Positions 24,565-36,815 of a stretch of DNA of 64,000 bases are shown piece by piece. The notes under the pieces are model-generated. The model did not search any database. It saw nothing but the letters and a program-made list of their open reading frames with translations, and had not been told where the DNA came from. Position numbers and translations under genes: made by a program. How positions within the stretch are numbered: position 1 is the first letter of the stretch; the number at the start of each line of letters is the position of its first letter. The stretch is from positions 39,990,001 through 40,054,000 of the forward strand of contig NC_043006.1 of NCBI RefSeq assembly GCF_006345805.1, read 5' to 3'. Source of the DNA: Octopus sinensis. Its lineage: Eukaryota.

Positions 24565-24579
24565 CTCGCCTCTCTCTGC
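24565..24579 (-). CDS. Candidate 15-nt frame-preserving microexon
   Basis: Minus strand gtgtttattctgcAG|GCAGAGAGAGGCGAG|GTGAGT; adds RERRG after the shared Ser in the frame of the neighbouring candidate exons. Confidence 0.35.
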
Positions 24580-25366
24580 CTGCAGAATAAACACATGAAG
24601 CAATGTAAACACTCTCTCCATGTAAGCATACATACCCTCCTACAAAGACACTCACTCATACACATACATACATGCAAACTATAGCTGCATACACACACAC
24701 AATCGATTATTGGTACAGTGAATATTTGTAGAAGATTCCAAAAATCCACCGTTTGAGTTTCCTGGAACAGACATAAACACACAATCACAGTGTGTACATG
24801 ACATACATACACACACACACAAAGAATAATTACATACATACGTATACATGCATATTTGTGTACTAAAAAGCCAAGTGAACTACGAAACAGGAGTGTAAGT
24901 ATATCCACGCCTACAGCGCAGTCATGTTTCGAAAAGCCAAGTTTCTCTCGGACAAACTGGCCCCAGTCAGCCTTGTTCGAGAAGAGCTATGTGGTGGCTG
25001 TAGGTACAAGAGAACCACTATCAATTGTTTGAGGGCAATGAAAATGATTTGAATATCTTGGGTTGAAATTGGGTTTGTACCCTCAAAGCAGATTTCGCTC
25101 CCGCGGTTATGGAGCTATGATCAAAGACATCCCAGCTGTACACACAATGTATTTTTTTCCTAAAGAGTATAAGCCAGTCATTCTGAACCTGTTTTTTGGC
25201 TACGGCTTTCTTAGGATCGCTTCTCAGGTTCCTGACATTGGTTCATTGACCGACAAAAGACCTATATATAGAGAAAAACAAAAGGCAGCACTTATGGCCC
25301 TTTGTTTTTAGGGTTCAGAAGTTGGTAGAAGGAAAGGAAGGAATTATCTTCAGACTGGAATTGTGG

Positions 25367-25540
25367 CACAAGCGTAACTAGGTGAGTAGCGAGGAGACCA
25401 GCCCTCACTGAGCGACGTTTTTGTAGGGTCTGCATTTTTGGGTTTACTGTAAAAGCCTGTATTGGCTTAGGGACCCGGTGGTGGGGGCGTGGTAAACTCA
25501 ATGGCTACCCTAGGCGGCACATACTCTAGCTACGCTACTG
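25367..25540. mobile_element. hAT-type MITE related to 2397-2562
   Basis: Ends CACAAGCGTAACTAG / CATACTCTAGCTACGCTACTG. Confidence 0.6.
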
Positions 25541-26077
25541 AACCCTGGCTTAAATGCTTGCAACAGTGGGGTTTAATAATGGCAGCTAGGAACCGAATGG
25601 TGGTGTTAAACCAGTTGATGAATTAATTCAGCATCGATTGCTCTGACGAACTTCCATAAAACTACTGACAACCAACTTTCCCTTACAAGGCTGTGGACAA
25701 TTCGAAGTAATGGTAGAAAACCCTTCCCGCACGAGATGCCAACCTGTGAAATCGAATCTCATCCCATTTAGTAGTAAACCTTTTAACTAGACAGCTATGC
25801 CTGCTTCACATTACCTAATGTGTTTCTTCTTTTCCAAGATGGTAGGGAGTATTATGAGAGAGAGAGATTTGGCTGTTACTTTTAGCAGACCGAAGCGAGC
25901 GACAACATGGAGTCTCCAGCAATGACTTGCCGCTGTCGTTATTGAGTACCCGAGTTCAAACATTATTAAATCAACTTATAATCAATGATCTTTCACTCGC
26001 GACCACCCCGTCTGTTTTTATCAGGACATATTTAGGATTACTTTATTAATTATTTCGAAAAATATATAAAGTGTTGG

Positions 26078-26610
26078 CGGGGCTGTGTGGTTATGATGCT
26101 CGCTTTGTAACCACGTAGTCTCGAGTTCTATCTCACTTCGTGACACCTCGAGAAAGTGCCTTCTATAATAGTCCCAAGTCGACCAATGAACTTGTGAGTG
26201 AATTTGAAACACGGAAACAATGTGAAGCCTGCCGTATGTGTGTGTGTATACATATATATATATATATATATATATAAAGTTAATCCAAACAAGAAAGCAC
26301 AGAAAAAACACACCAACGCGAGGACGTGGAACAAATATAATAGTATTGGACGCTCAGGAAAGAAGGAGGGTTTAACGTTTCGAGCGGAGCTCTTCGTCGG
26401 AAACGTGAGTATTTCGGTATTTGTCCTCCCGACCACTTTGGCATCTCGTAACTTAGCAGCTCAGCAAAAGAAAACGATAGAATGGGGCTACAAGATTTAA
26501 AAGTAAGTATTGTAGTTGATCTGTTCTCCTAAAACCCTCGTACGCGATGCTCCAGCATGGCCACAGTCCAATGATTGGAACCAGTAAAAAATATAAAAAT
26601 ATAAAAGATA
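26078..26610 (+). mobile_element. SINE family C with a PLE-type pLTR fragment inserted at its microsatellite
   Basis: Head GGGCTGTGTGGTTATG, 3' domain CGTAACTTAGCAGCTCAGCAAAAG...CCAGCATGGCCACAGTC; insert at about 26277-26410. Confidence 0.8.
26368..26404 (-). ncRNA. Variant-core minimal hammerhead-like motif in a pLTR-type repeat
   Basis: Reverse complement GTTT CCGACGA A GAGC-TCC-GCTC GAAAC GTT AAAC CC; identical to 41407-41443. Confidence 0.55.
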
Positions 26611-27424
26611 GGGAGGGAAACTCGACCGCTATTTCTAACAGGTCAAAATAAGCGGTTGACTACGTAAACGTTTCTTAATTTGTTTTTTTGATTTCGTTGC
26701 CGTCGTCGCGGTCGTGATGGTGGTTGTTGTTGTTGCTGCTGGCGCTCTTGTTATCATTTAGTGTAGCGTTAATACTGATGTAGCGGTTTTTAAATGTCAG
26801 CATTGCTTAATGTTTCTTCATTGCTTACTACGTAGTGTAGATGCATGTTTGTAAGTTATTACACAGACACACACACACACAAACACACTCACTCTCACAC
26901 ACACACATATACGCATGCGCACGCACACACACACACGAACATGTACACACTTGCACACTAACAGGCACACACAATGAGAAGCTCTTTTGTAAATATCCCA
27001 CGTAAAAGAATGACAATTGCAAGTAACCACTGAAGAAGGAAATTGAAAACAGCCAATTCTATCGTAAAGATTTATTTCGTTGGCAGGTCTTTCTTTACAC
27101 TTTGTAAACTACACTGCAAGCCAATAATCCGAAGAAGTCTATAAAAAAAGACGGACGAAGTTGCATGGGGAATATTAGAAGGTATTTCATTCGTTCATGA
27201 GTCATGAATCAACTTTATTTTCTGTAAGTTGCCTGCAGAAGAGAACAACATCAAATCTGGACTATCCCCAAATACAATACGTTTTACTAACGTTAATCTT
27301 TAATCGTGAACACACGATGGCTGTCTACTCGTAACCGAAGATGACCGTCACTAACCATTGCCCATGCGAAATACCAGCAATACCAGTAATGTCCGTGCAC
27401 GAGGTTATTAAACCTGCAGTGGCT

Positions 27425-27517
27425 AACTTAGTACTTGGTCTTTTCGTCTCCTTTTTGCCAAACTGATAAGTTACGGGGATGTAAATAAACCAACACTGGT
27501 TGTCAAGCATACATGCA

Positions 27518-27556
<39 letters not shown>

Positions 27557-28027
27557 GCATACATACATAGGCGCTGGAGTGGCAAGTAGCTTGTTTACCA
27601 ACCACATGGTTCCAGGTTCAGTCCCACTGCGTGGTACTTTGGGCAAGTATCTTCTACTTTCGCCTCGAGCCGACCAAAGCCTTGTGAGTGGATTTGGTAG
27701 ACGGAAACTGAAAGAAGCCCGTCGTATATATATATATATACATATGGGGATGTAAACAAACCAACACAGATTGTCAAGTAGTGGTGGAGTCAAACACAAA
27801 CACAATGACACACACACATACACATACTCGCGCCCCCCCCCACACACACACGCACGCACGCACGCACAGATATGCGACAGGTTTCTTTCGGTTTTCGTCT
27901 ACCAAATTCACACACAAGGCTTTGGTCGGTCAGGGTCTATGGTAGAAGGCACTTGCGCAAGGTACCACGCAGAGGAAATGAACCAGAAACCAGTGGTTGG
28001 GAACCAAACTTCTTACCACACAGCCAC
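27425..28027. mobile_element. Nested SINE family C cluster: minus-strand element with a plus-strand 5' half inside
   Basis: Minus 3' part 27425-27510, plus 5' half 27565-27745, minus remainder 27746-28027. Confidence 0.8.
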
Positions 28028-28069
28028 GTCTAAGCTATCGCCCAGTATCTGTATATAAAAGTTTGTGTG

Positions 28070-28460
28070 AGTGTGTATACATACATAGCTACATATATAC
28101 ACATACTTATATATGCACACATAAACACACATACACACACATACATACATGCATACAAACACACACAGACGCATACATACGCACACACACGCGTACACAT
28201 ACATACATATTCATACGCACACACGTACACATACATACGCACACACATACGTACACATACGCACACACAGTACACATACATACGCACACACGCGTACACG
28301 TACGCACACACATACGCACACACACACGTACACATACATATACATACGCACACCACATACGTACACATACATACGCACACACATACACATACATACGCAC
28401 ATATATACATTCATACATACACGTACACACATATATACATCTACATATGTGCGTGCCATA
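28070..28460. repeat. Degenerate (CA)/(CATA)/(CACG) microsatellite
   Basis: Visible directly. Confidence 0.95.
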
Positions 28461-29136
28461 TACCAAAATTCTTGGTAACCGACTTCAACGAAGACCAGCC
28501 TAACCCGATTGAATTACTGGTGTAAGGAGCGGGTTCTCCTAACAACACAATCAACCACATGACCAGTCACGTGAACACCTGAACTACATGATCAAACATG
28601 CGGTTCCCGTGAAAGCAGCAACGCCTAACAAAGGCGACGACAACGACCTCATCGACAAACACTTCTTGTTGCACGACTAGTTTGAAAGAGATCCTAGATA
28701 AAGCATCCGAGATGTGTATGCAGACGACCACGATTAATACTTCACATAGAATATCGAGACATGCTATCGTAATAAAAGGTTGTGAAAAAGTAGTGGCAAA
28801 ATCGATTTCTGAAAGAACTGGAGAAAATTGCGATTAAAATTAATTGTAATTTCGTCAGTAACAAAGGAGATAATACTATCGTATTTGATGATCACAAAGC
28901 AGCTGGCGGTTCTTTTAATCGCAGGCATTTGTGAATAATAGGGTTAATTGCATGCATTTGTAAATCTAGGGTTCCAACAGACGAATTAATCAACTGTTGT
29001 GATTCACATGTATTAATGCTTCTACAGCTAAATCTCATATGAGAGTTACTAATAGTTTCAACTGAAACTATCAATTATTATACAATGATTACATGATATC
29101 ATACAAGTTCAGAACTTGTAATTAATATCATGTGTT

Positions 29137-29170
<34 letters not shown>

Positions 29171-29179
29171 TATATATAA

Positions 29180-29398
29180 CTTTTCATTTACTTTCAGTCA
29201 TTAGACTGCGGCCATGCTGGAGTACCACCTTTAGTCGAATAAATCGAGCTCAGGACTTATTCTTTGTAAGCTTAGTACTTAGTACTATCGGTCTTTTTTT
29301 TTGCCGAACTGCTAAGTTATGGGACGTAAAAACACCAACATCCGTTGTCAAGCGATGGTGGGGAGGGACAAGCACACACACAAATACACACACACACA

Positions 29399-29440
<42 letters not shown>

Positions 29441-29638
29441 ATGTGTGTGTGTTGTGTGTGTGTGTGTTAGATACGACGGGCTTCTTTCAGTTTCCGTCAA
29501 CTAAATCCACTCCCAAGGCTCTGGTCGGCCAGAGGCTATAGTAGAAGACACTTGCCCAAGGTGTCACACAGTGGGACTGAACCAGGAACCATGTGGTTGA
29601 GGAGCAAGCTTCTTACCACACAACCACTCCTGCGCCAT
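29180..29638 (-). mobile_element. SINE family C
   Basis: TTTCAGTCATTAGACTGCGGCC...CCACACAACCACTCCTGCGCC. Confidence 0.9.
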
Positions 29639-29647
29639 ATATATATA

Positions 29648-30185
29648 TATCTTTTATCTTTTATTTGATTCAGTCATTGGATTGCGACCTTGCTGGGGCA
29701 TCGTCTGGAAGGGCTTAGAGCAGTGATTCTCAACCAGGGTCCATCTCTTAGGGGGTCTATATAACATTTCGTTTTTCAAATTTATGTGCAACATATTTAA
29801 ACATTTTTAAATACAATTCCTAAATAATATTTAATCATAATAAAATAGTTTCTCGACATTGAATGGTCATGATGGCCCTCCCGGAGTAAAATTGGTCCAA
29901 AGGGGTCCAAATTCAAAATGAATAAAATGGCTGAGAATCACTGGCTTAGACGAACAAAAGGACCCCAATACTTGTTTCTTGACTCTGGTCGGAATCTATT
30001 CTGTCGGTTTCTGTTGCCGAAGCGCTAATATATGTGGACGTAAACAAGCCAATACTGATTGTCAAGCAATGGGGTGGGAGGGAGGCAAAGACAACCACAA
30101 ACATCCCCGATACATCTATCTAGAATATACATCTAAAAGGTGGGCTTCTACATAGTTTCCGTCTACAAAATTCACTCATATGTTA
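29648..30185 (-). mobile_element. SINE family C (older) containing a hAT-Charlie-type MITE
   Basis: TTCAGTCATTGGATTGCGACC...GGGCTTCTACATAGTTTCCGTCTACAAAATTCAC. Confidence 0.8.
29721..29943. mobile_element. hAT (Charlie-type) MITE (223 bp)
   Basis: TIRs CAGTGATTCTCAACC / GGCTGAGAATCACTG; 8-bp TSD GCTTAGAG / GCTTAGAC. Confidence 0.88.
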
Positions 30186-30269
30186 TCCGTGAGTGCAACA
30201 CCCTAACCACAACGCCAGCGCCTTCATACATGCGTATATAACAGGAATCTTTACGAAAATAAATAAAAG

Positions 30270-30362
30270 ACGAAGGCAGGTGGAGTACAAACAAAAAATT
30301 GTATTAGTATGGCGCTCAGGAATAGAAATAAAACAAGTCTTTTACGTTTCGAGCCTACGCTC
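30270..30362 (-). mobile_element. 5'-truncated PLE-type pLTR fragment with the 3' half of a hammerhead-like motif
   Basis: Reverse complement GAGC-GTAG-GCTC GAAAC GTA AAAG...TTCCTGAGCGCCATACTAATAC; the CTGANGA core is missing. Confidence 0.55.
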
Positions 30363-30367
30363 TGTGC

Positions 30368-30369
<2 letters not shown>

Positions 30370-30419
<50 letters not shown>

Positions 30420-30764
30420 TACATGCCCACACATATACGCCCACACACACACACCTACACACACACACACACGCCCCACACATATCTGCACACATACATA
30501 CATGCACACACACATAATATATACACGCATACATATACACACAAACACATATACACACAAACACACATACACACACATACACATACACACACATACACAT
30601 ACACACATACATATCCACACATACATATCCACACATAATATACACACAAATATACACACACATATACATACACACATGCACACACATACATATACACACA
30701 TACATATCCACACATGCATATCCACACATACATATGTATATATGCATATGTATATATGCATGTA

Positions 30765-30810
<46 letters not shown>
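30370..30810. repeat. (TA)/(CA)/(TG) compound microsatellite
   Basis: Visible directly. Confidence 0.95.
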
Positions 30811-30811
<1 letters not shown>

Positions 30812-31065
30812 AATTGTTCACGTACCTCCAGACTTGAACAACCATTACCAAACATTTTTCATGCAGTTATTACAATCGTTACGCTCCACAATCTCTTGAC
30901 CTCTTGATCTCAAAGACATCTTACACATCCATGCACACATACATACACACATGCACACACAAACACATAATGCTCACAAGCACACACATACAAGCACGCA
31001 CACAGCAGATAAACACACGTATACAAGCACACACAGACACACACACTAATACACACTGGTACTCC

Positions 31066-31375
31066 GTCGGTTACGACGACGAGTGCTCCTGTTGATCTAA
31101 TCGACGGAACAGCCTGCTCGTGAAATTAACGTGCAAATGGCTGAGTACCCCACGGTACAATTGACATGCAAGTGGCTGAGTACTCAGGGAGATTCAGCGT
31201 CACACAGAATGTGACAAGACTGGCCCCTTTGAATTACAGGTACAACTCATTTTTGCCAGCTGAGTGAACTGGAGTTACATAAAATAAAGCGTCTTGCTGA
31301 AGGACATAACACGCCGCCAGGAATCGAACCCACGACCTTACAACTGTGAGTCGAATATCCTAATCACTTAGCTAC
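31066..31375 (-). mobile_element. SINE family B, near full length
   Basis: ACTCCGTCGGTTACGACGACG tail through GGAATCGAACCCACGACC (B-box) and CTAATCACTTAGC (A-box). Confidence 0.85.
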
Positions 31376-31580
31376 ACACACGCACTTGCAAAATGCCGCT
31401 GTGACTGAATTACAGAGACAAATATATTTCTTTATTATTATTATGAAATTTTCAGCAAAACTCGCATAAGACATCCTCCATTAATATATTGCTCATATAC
31501 AACAGTGATGCAATTACGTACATTAATAACTTATACTTCAGCCAAAAGAAAGCCATTAAGATGATTGGCAATAAACTCAC

Positions 31581-31668
31581 TCCATAAACGAGTTTCAGCC
31601 TCAAGCTCGCAGTCACGCTGTTTCCTCTCGTTTTCTTTTTTAGATGCATTCGAAAATGACTTTCTTAG
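31581..31668 (-). CDS. Candidate internal exon (88 nt, phase 0-1) of an unidentified host gene
   Basis: tattctttattaAG|CTAAGA...TTATGGA|GTGAGT; single open frame LRKSFSNASKKENERKQRDCELEAETRLW in non-repetitive sequence. Confidence 0.45.
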
Positions 31669-32104
31669 CTTAATAAAGAATACAGGATTTAACAGTAGGC
31701 AGATTTCATGCTCAAACTATACTCGGATTTAAAAACAATATAATCCTATTCATATTCACCGAAGAACCAAAGAATGCATACGAGGTAGGTAAATACACTT
31801 GCAGCCTCTTACATAATAACATAGTAAAATCGTACAAACATTCCAGCAATAGCACGATACAATGATATCAAAGCGGAAGCAACATAAACCATAAACCATC
31901 CAAGACAAACTTAAATTCCTCTATTAATGACTTCATACTGAAGAACCATAAAAACAATTTCAAGAACTCACCTTAAAGTAAACTCATTAATCTTGTTGAA
32001 AGTAATTTTGGTATGGTGAATAAAATTATAAACCAGATAGAGTTAACGAGGAGATAAGAACAGTCTAAGAATTTGAATATGTGGAACCACAACGTGGGAG
32101 TTAG

Positions 32105-32290
32105 AATTTCGTTGGATAATATTGGTTTTGAATTTTTGGCACAAGGCCAGCAAGTTCGGAAGAGGGGTTAAGTCGATTACATCAACCTCGAATGGATTAA
32201 AGGCAAAGTCGACCGCGCAGAATTTGAACACAAAATGTAAAGCGATCGAAATGTCGCTAAGCATTTTGCCCAGAATGCTAACGATTCTGC
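32105..32290 (-). mobile_element. SINE family D
   Basis: GGATTAAAGGCAAAGTCGACC...GCTAAGCATTTTGCCCAG...CGATTCTGCC. Confidence 0.8.
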
Positions 32291-32559
32291 CTGCTCGACA
32301 CCTTATCTCGTTGAATAATACTGAAATTAATGTCTCGAAAGTAACGCAAAAGTGGACATTACTGTTTATTAACTGATATAAGTGATTGAAATTGCACAAG
32401 CTGGTTTCTTTCTGTAAAGGCACTATTCAACATTGTCTCCGTCACAAGCGAAGCGTTTAAGCCATTGCTAAGTCCAGCCCTCGATTATTCGTTGAAAAAA
32501 AAATTCAGGTTTGCATCTTTTCTGCTGAAATTCAAATGAAGGAGCCTTGGAACTGGGTT

Positions 32560-32702
32560 AGAAGCCAAATCCATTCACAAGGCATTGATCGATCCAGGGC
32601 TGTAGTAGAACACACTTGCTCAAATTACCGTGCAGTGGGACTGAGCCCGAAGCCTCGTAGTTGCGAATCGAACTTAACCACACAGCCATGCCTATGCCTA
32701 GG
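32560..32702 (-). mobile_element. SINE family C 5' half
   Basis: AAATCCATTCACAAGGC...GCAGTGGGACTGAGCCCG...CCACACAGCCA. Confidence 0.75.
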
Positions 32703-33736
32703 AAGAAAAACAGTGTGAGGAAAAAAAGCTCTGAACAAAGCGAACAAATCTAACAAGCGAATCCAAAAAACACAGAAGGAAGTAACAAAGAATTCAGTTC
32801 CATAAAATTTTAAGAGGCCAAGCATTGTTATGTTGTAACAGATTTTATAGAAAGCTGTTTTAAATCAGTTCTGTTGTAGTTTCACTCGTGTTAGCTCATG
32901 CTGAAAATAAGACATTCTGTGGTCTGTACATAGATATAAATGGCGGCTCTCTGATATTAATGTCTGTTGCGCGAGTGTGTAGGTATGGAGCTGTGTCTGT
33001 GTGTGACAGTGAGAATGACATATAGAAAGAAAGGGAGGAAGAGAGAGATGGTGAAAGAGAGGAAGAGAGAGAGGGAAACAGTGTGAGAGGAGTAGATGGA
33101 GAGATGGAGAAAGTCTAAGTAGATGAAAGTGTAAAAGGGGGAAGTAGTGTGAGGAGGAATGGGGAAAATGGCAAGTGTATGAATAGTGTATGGAAGAGAT
33201 AGATAGATAAGTAGACAGAAGGATAGAGAGAGAGAGAGAGGGAGAGAGAGAAGCAAACTGGTTTATTTTGGAAAAAGCGAAAAAGGAAGTGCATATGTAT
33301 TTATATATTCTTTTCCATCTCTTTTAATGTACTCACACCATACATACATACGTGTGTGTATGTATATATCATAAACAAGAATAAAACGAATGGATATTTC
33401 AGGATGTCACCACACGTTTTTTCATAACACGTTTATCCAAAATACGAGTAGAATTGCATAACTTAATAGGTAACATTACGTAAGTCCGTATTTTCACAAA
33501 CTGCCATTTCTGCGGATCTAACTGATCCTTCTATTTCTTTATGTTTTTGCGTATACTTTTTACTCTCGTTATCGCTCTCTCTCTCTCTCTCTTTCTTTTT
33601 TCCCACTGTTACTCTTTCTGCAGAAGGATAGCTCTCCGAAACGATAAAGACATTTTTATTGCATCCTCTTGAAGCGTTAAAGTAATATCATTGCTTTCGT
33701 ATTTTCTGATCCACGTTTTTCCTTAACTAATTTATA

Positions 33737-33780
<44 letters not shown>

Positions 33781-33788
33781 TATATATA

Positions 33789-33844
<56 letters not shown>

Positions 33845-33846
<2 letters not shown>

Positions 33847-34045
33847 GCGAGAATAGTTAGCGTGCCGGGCGAAATACTTAGCGGTATTTCGTCGTTCTTT
33901 ACGATCTGAGTTCAAATTCCGCCGAGATCGACTTTGCCTTTCATCATTTCGGAGTCGTTAAAATAAGTACCAGTGAAACACTGGGGTCAATGTAATCGAA
34001 TTTCCACTGCCTTACAAGTTTAAAGCCGTTTGCCTATAGTAAAAA
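33845..34045 (+). mobile_element. SINE family D
   Basis: GTTAGCGTGCCGGGCGAAATACTTAGCGG...GAGTTCAAATTCCGCCGAG...AAATAAGTACCAGT. Confidence 0.85.
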
Positions 34046-34048
34046 GGA

Positions 34049-34100
<52 letters not shown>

Positions 34101-34565
34101 CATCTGAAGTTTCCGAGTGACTCAGGGGCCGGGAATTTCGTTCAGTGGCACGACTGTTGAGTTTGTAACTTCTGCCGATAAATAAGTAAATTTATATTTA
34201 TGTATGCGCGCAAACACACACGCACACATCAAAAAGTATAGTGGATCGAATGTTGGCTAAATGAAGTTTTCCTTTTGTTCTTGTGGCCGGGAGCCGTCAT
34301 GGAAGCAAAGTTACGTGCTAAACATGTCACTTGAGTTAGATCTAGCAGCCATCAGTGAGAATAAAACTTCCGGCACAAATGCACTCGCATTCCTCTGAAC
34401 GATATCAAGATGTACACGTCTATTGCTTGACTCGTACAGACAGAAGTGGCGAACTTTCGTTAAAAGAATACAAGAGGCTATGGGAAAAGACGTGACCCCA
34501 GCCATCAATTTTCAATCGTGAAAGGCAGAAGTTGCATTGTAGGTTTTAAGGCGCATATTTTCAGG

Positions 34566-34634
<69 letters not shown>

Positions 34635-35175
34635 GGAGAGAGGGAGGGAGAGAGAGAGAGAAAGAGAGAAAACCGCTCTATGAACTTGGGTGACTGAGGT
34701 GCTACGTAGAAACAAATTCCGCAATTAAATATTTGACGCACCAGGATAGATGTATGCTTTCAGATTCGAAGCAAATATAGAATTTTGTTGTAACACTTTG
34801 CCTCAGTGTTCAGGGTAATCGTAGATAAAAGAACGGTGACCTTTGTGCCTGTTTCGCTGACCTGCCGCTGCTCTCTGTAGAAAAGTTTGAATGTTGCGAA
34901 AAACCGATAACAACAGCTGAGATACGGCTGTGCAAGGGAAAAATCGCCCGGTTTCGATGGATTGCAATAATTAGTTTATATATTCAGATGTTGTTCACCA
35001 ACACCATTCAAACTTAAATGTGGAGATCAGATTTAAGCTAATTCTTCGTTTTTTTTCTTCTTTTGATAAAGGCTTAAAGCCGAAATATTGAATTATAACG
35101 GGAAAGTGTAAACTGCTTTCTTTCTCATTTTGTTTGGATTCTTATTTCCAACTTGCATTGTAGTGGCCTTTAAAA

Positions 35176-35207
<32 letters not shown>

Positions 35208-35289
35208 ACATATATGATGCGAAAATTTATTGATGATAATTCGATAAACTGATATCATTCCTTCCATATTTTTCTTGTCCACGTGTTTA

Positions 35290-35517
35290 ACTACTTTAAT
35301 ATATATGAACATATATATATACACACATACATATATACATACATATATGCATACATACACACATTATATACATGTATATATGTGTATACATGTATGAATC
35401 TATATACATTCATACGTATATATATGTGTGTGTGTATATACATGCATTTATACGTATGTAAATATCTACATACATATATACACATATACACATACATATA
35501 TACACATATATACATGC

Positions 35518-35548
<31 letters not shown>

Positions 35549-35830
35549 TTTATACATATATATATACATACATATATTCACATATATACATATACACATA
35601 CATTTTTATATATAATATATATAATATATGTATCTATATATATGTACATACATTATATGCTTGCATGTATGTATCTCTCTCTCTATATATATATGTATGT
35701 ATATATGTATATGCGCGCGCGCGTGTAAAGATGTATTTAAACAACATGGGCAAATGCGAAAAGAATGATAATTGTTTATTGAATTATCATCGATAAATTT
35801 CCATATTTTATGTGTGTGTGTGTGTGTGTG
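35290..35830. repeat. Degenerate (TA)/(CATA)/(TG) microsatellite field
   Basis: Visible directly. Confidence 0.95.
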
Positions 35831-36351
35831 TGTAAGTGTTTTAAATGCTGTTACAAACTAAACTGAAAATATAAAACTGGAATCCAAAGCAGAAGCAACC
35901 GTTTCCACTTTTACTTTATAATTCAATCTTTCGGCTTTAAAATTCCTTTATCAGAAGAGAGAAATAAATAAAAATCACAGAGAATGAACTTAACCCTATC
36001 TGCACACATATGTGAAAATGGTGTTGGTGAATGGCATGGGCAGATTTGGTAGCGTTATATTGGCCAATTATTGCTGCGCAATTCTTACTAGTTGTTGAGT
36101 ATAAACAAATGCTACAAGGACGCTTCCAGCAGCAAGAACAACAACACCAGCAGCAACAGAAGGGACAATAATAGAACAATACCCAGATACTTGAATGATG
36201 TATCAAAGACAGAATGGGAGGGCTGCCTTCCGTCCAAAGACAACTCCAACCGGTACATAATATCTAAGTACAGACATTCAGCAACCAGCCTCCCATTCAT
36301 TCTCCCCGGACGTCTTCAACTTCTTCGAATTCTCGCCAAATGATTAAGAAA

Positions 36352-36815
36352 CACGATCGTGGCATGGTACAACCACATAGTTTCGGTTTCAATTCCACTG
36401 CTAGGCATCTCGTCCAAGTATCTTCCATAATAGCCCCGGGCCGACCAAAGCCCTTTGAGTGAATTTGGTAGACGGAAACTGAAAGAAGCTCATCGTATAT
36501 GAGTGTGTGTGTGTGTGTGTATGTGTGTGTATGTTTGTGAGTATGTGTATCTATTTGGATGTGTGTGTGTGTGTGTGTGTACGTGTGTGAGTATGTGTGT
36601 ATTTGTGCGTGTGCATGTTTTTCCTCCCACCACCTGACAACCCGTGTTGCTTTGTTTACTTAGCGGTTCTGCAAAACAGATCCACAGAATAAGTACCAGC
36701 CATTAAAGAAAGCACCTAGGATTATTTGTTCAACTAAAAGAACACCCTTCAAGATGGTACCCCAGCATGGCCGCAGTCTAATAACCGAAAGAAGTAAAAG
36801 CTAAAAGAAAAGATA
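36352..36815 (+). mobile_element. SINE family C
   Basis: ATAGCCCCGGGCCGACCAAAGCC...GACGGAAACTGAAAGAAGC...CCCAGCATGGCCGCAGTC. Confidence 0.85.

Noticed and set aside
27340-27415. Minus-strand frame FNNLVHGHYWYCWYFAWAM, loosely claudin-like
   Set aside because: Acceptor lies in SINE-derived purine-rich sequence and no following transmembrane segment is visible; likely chance.
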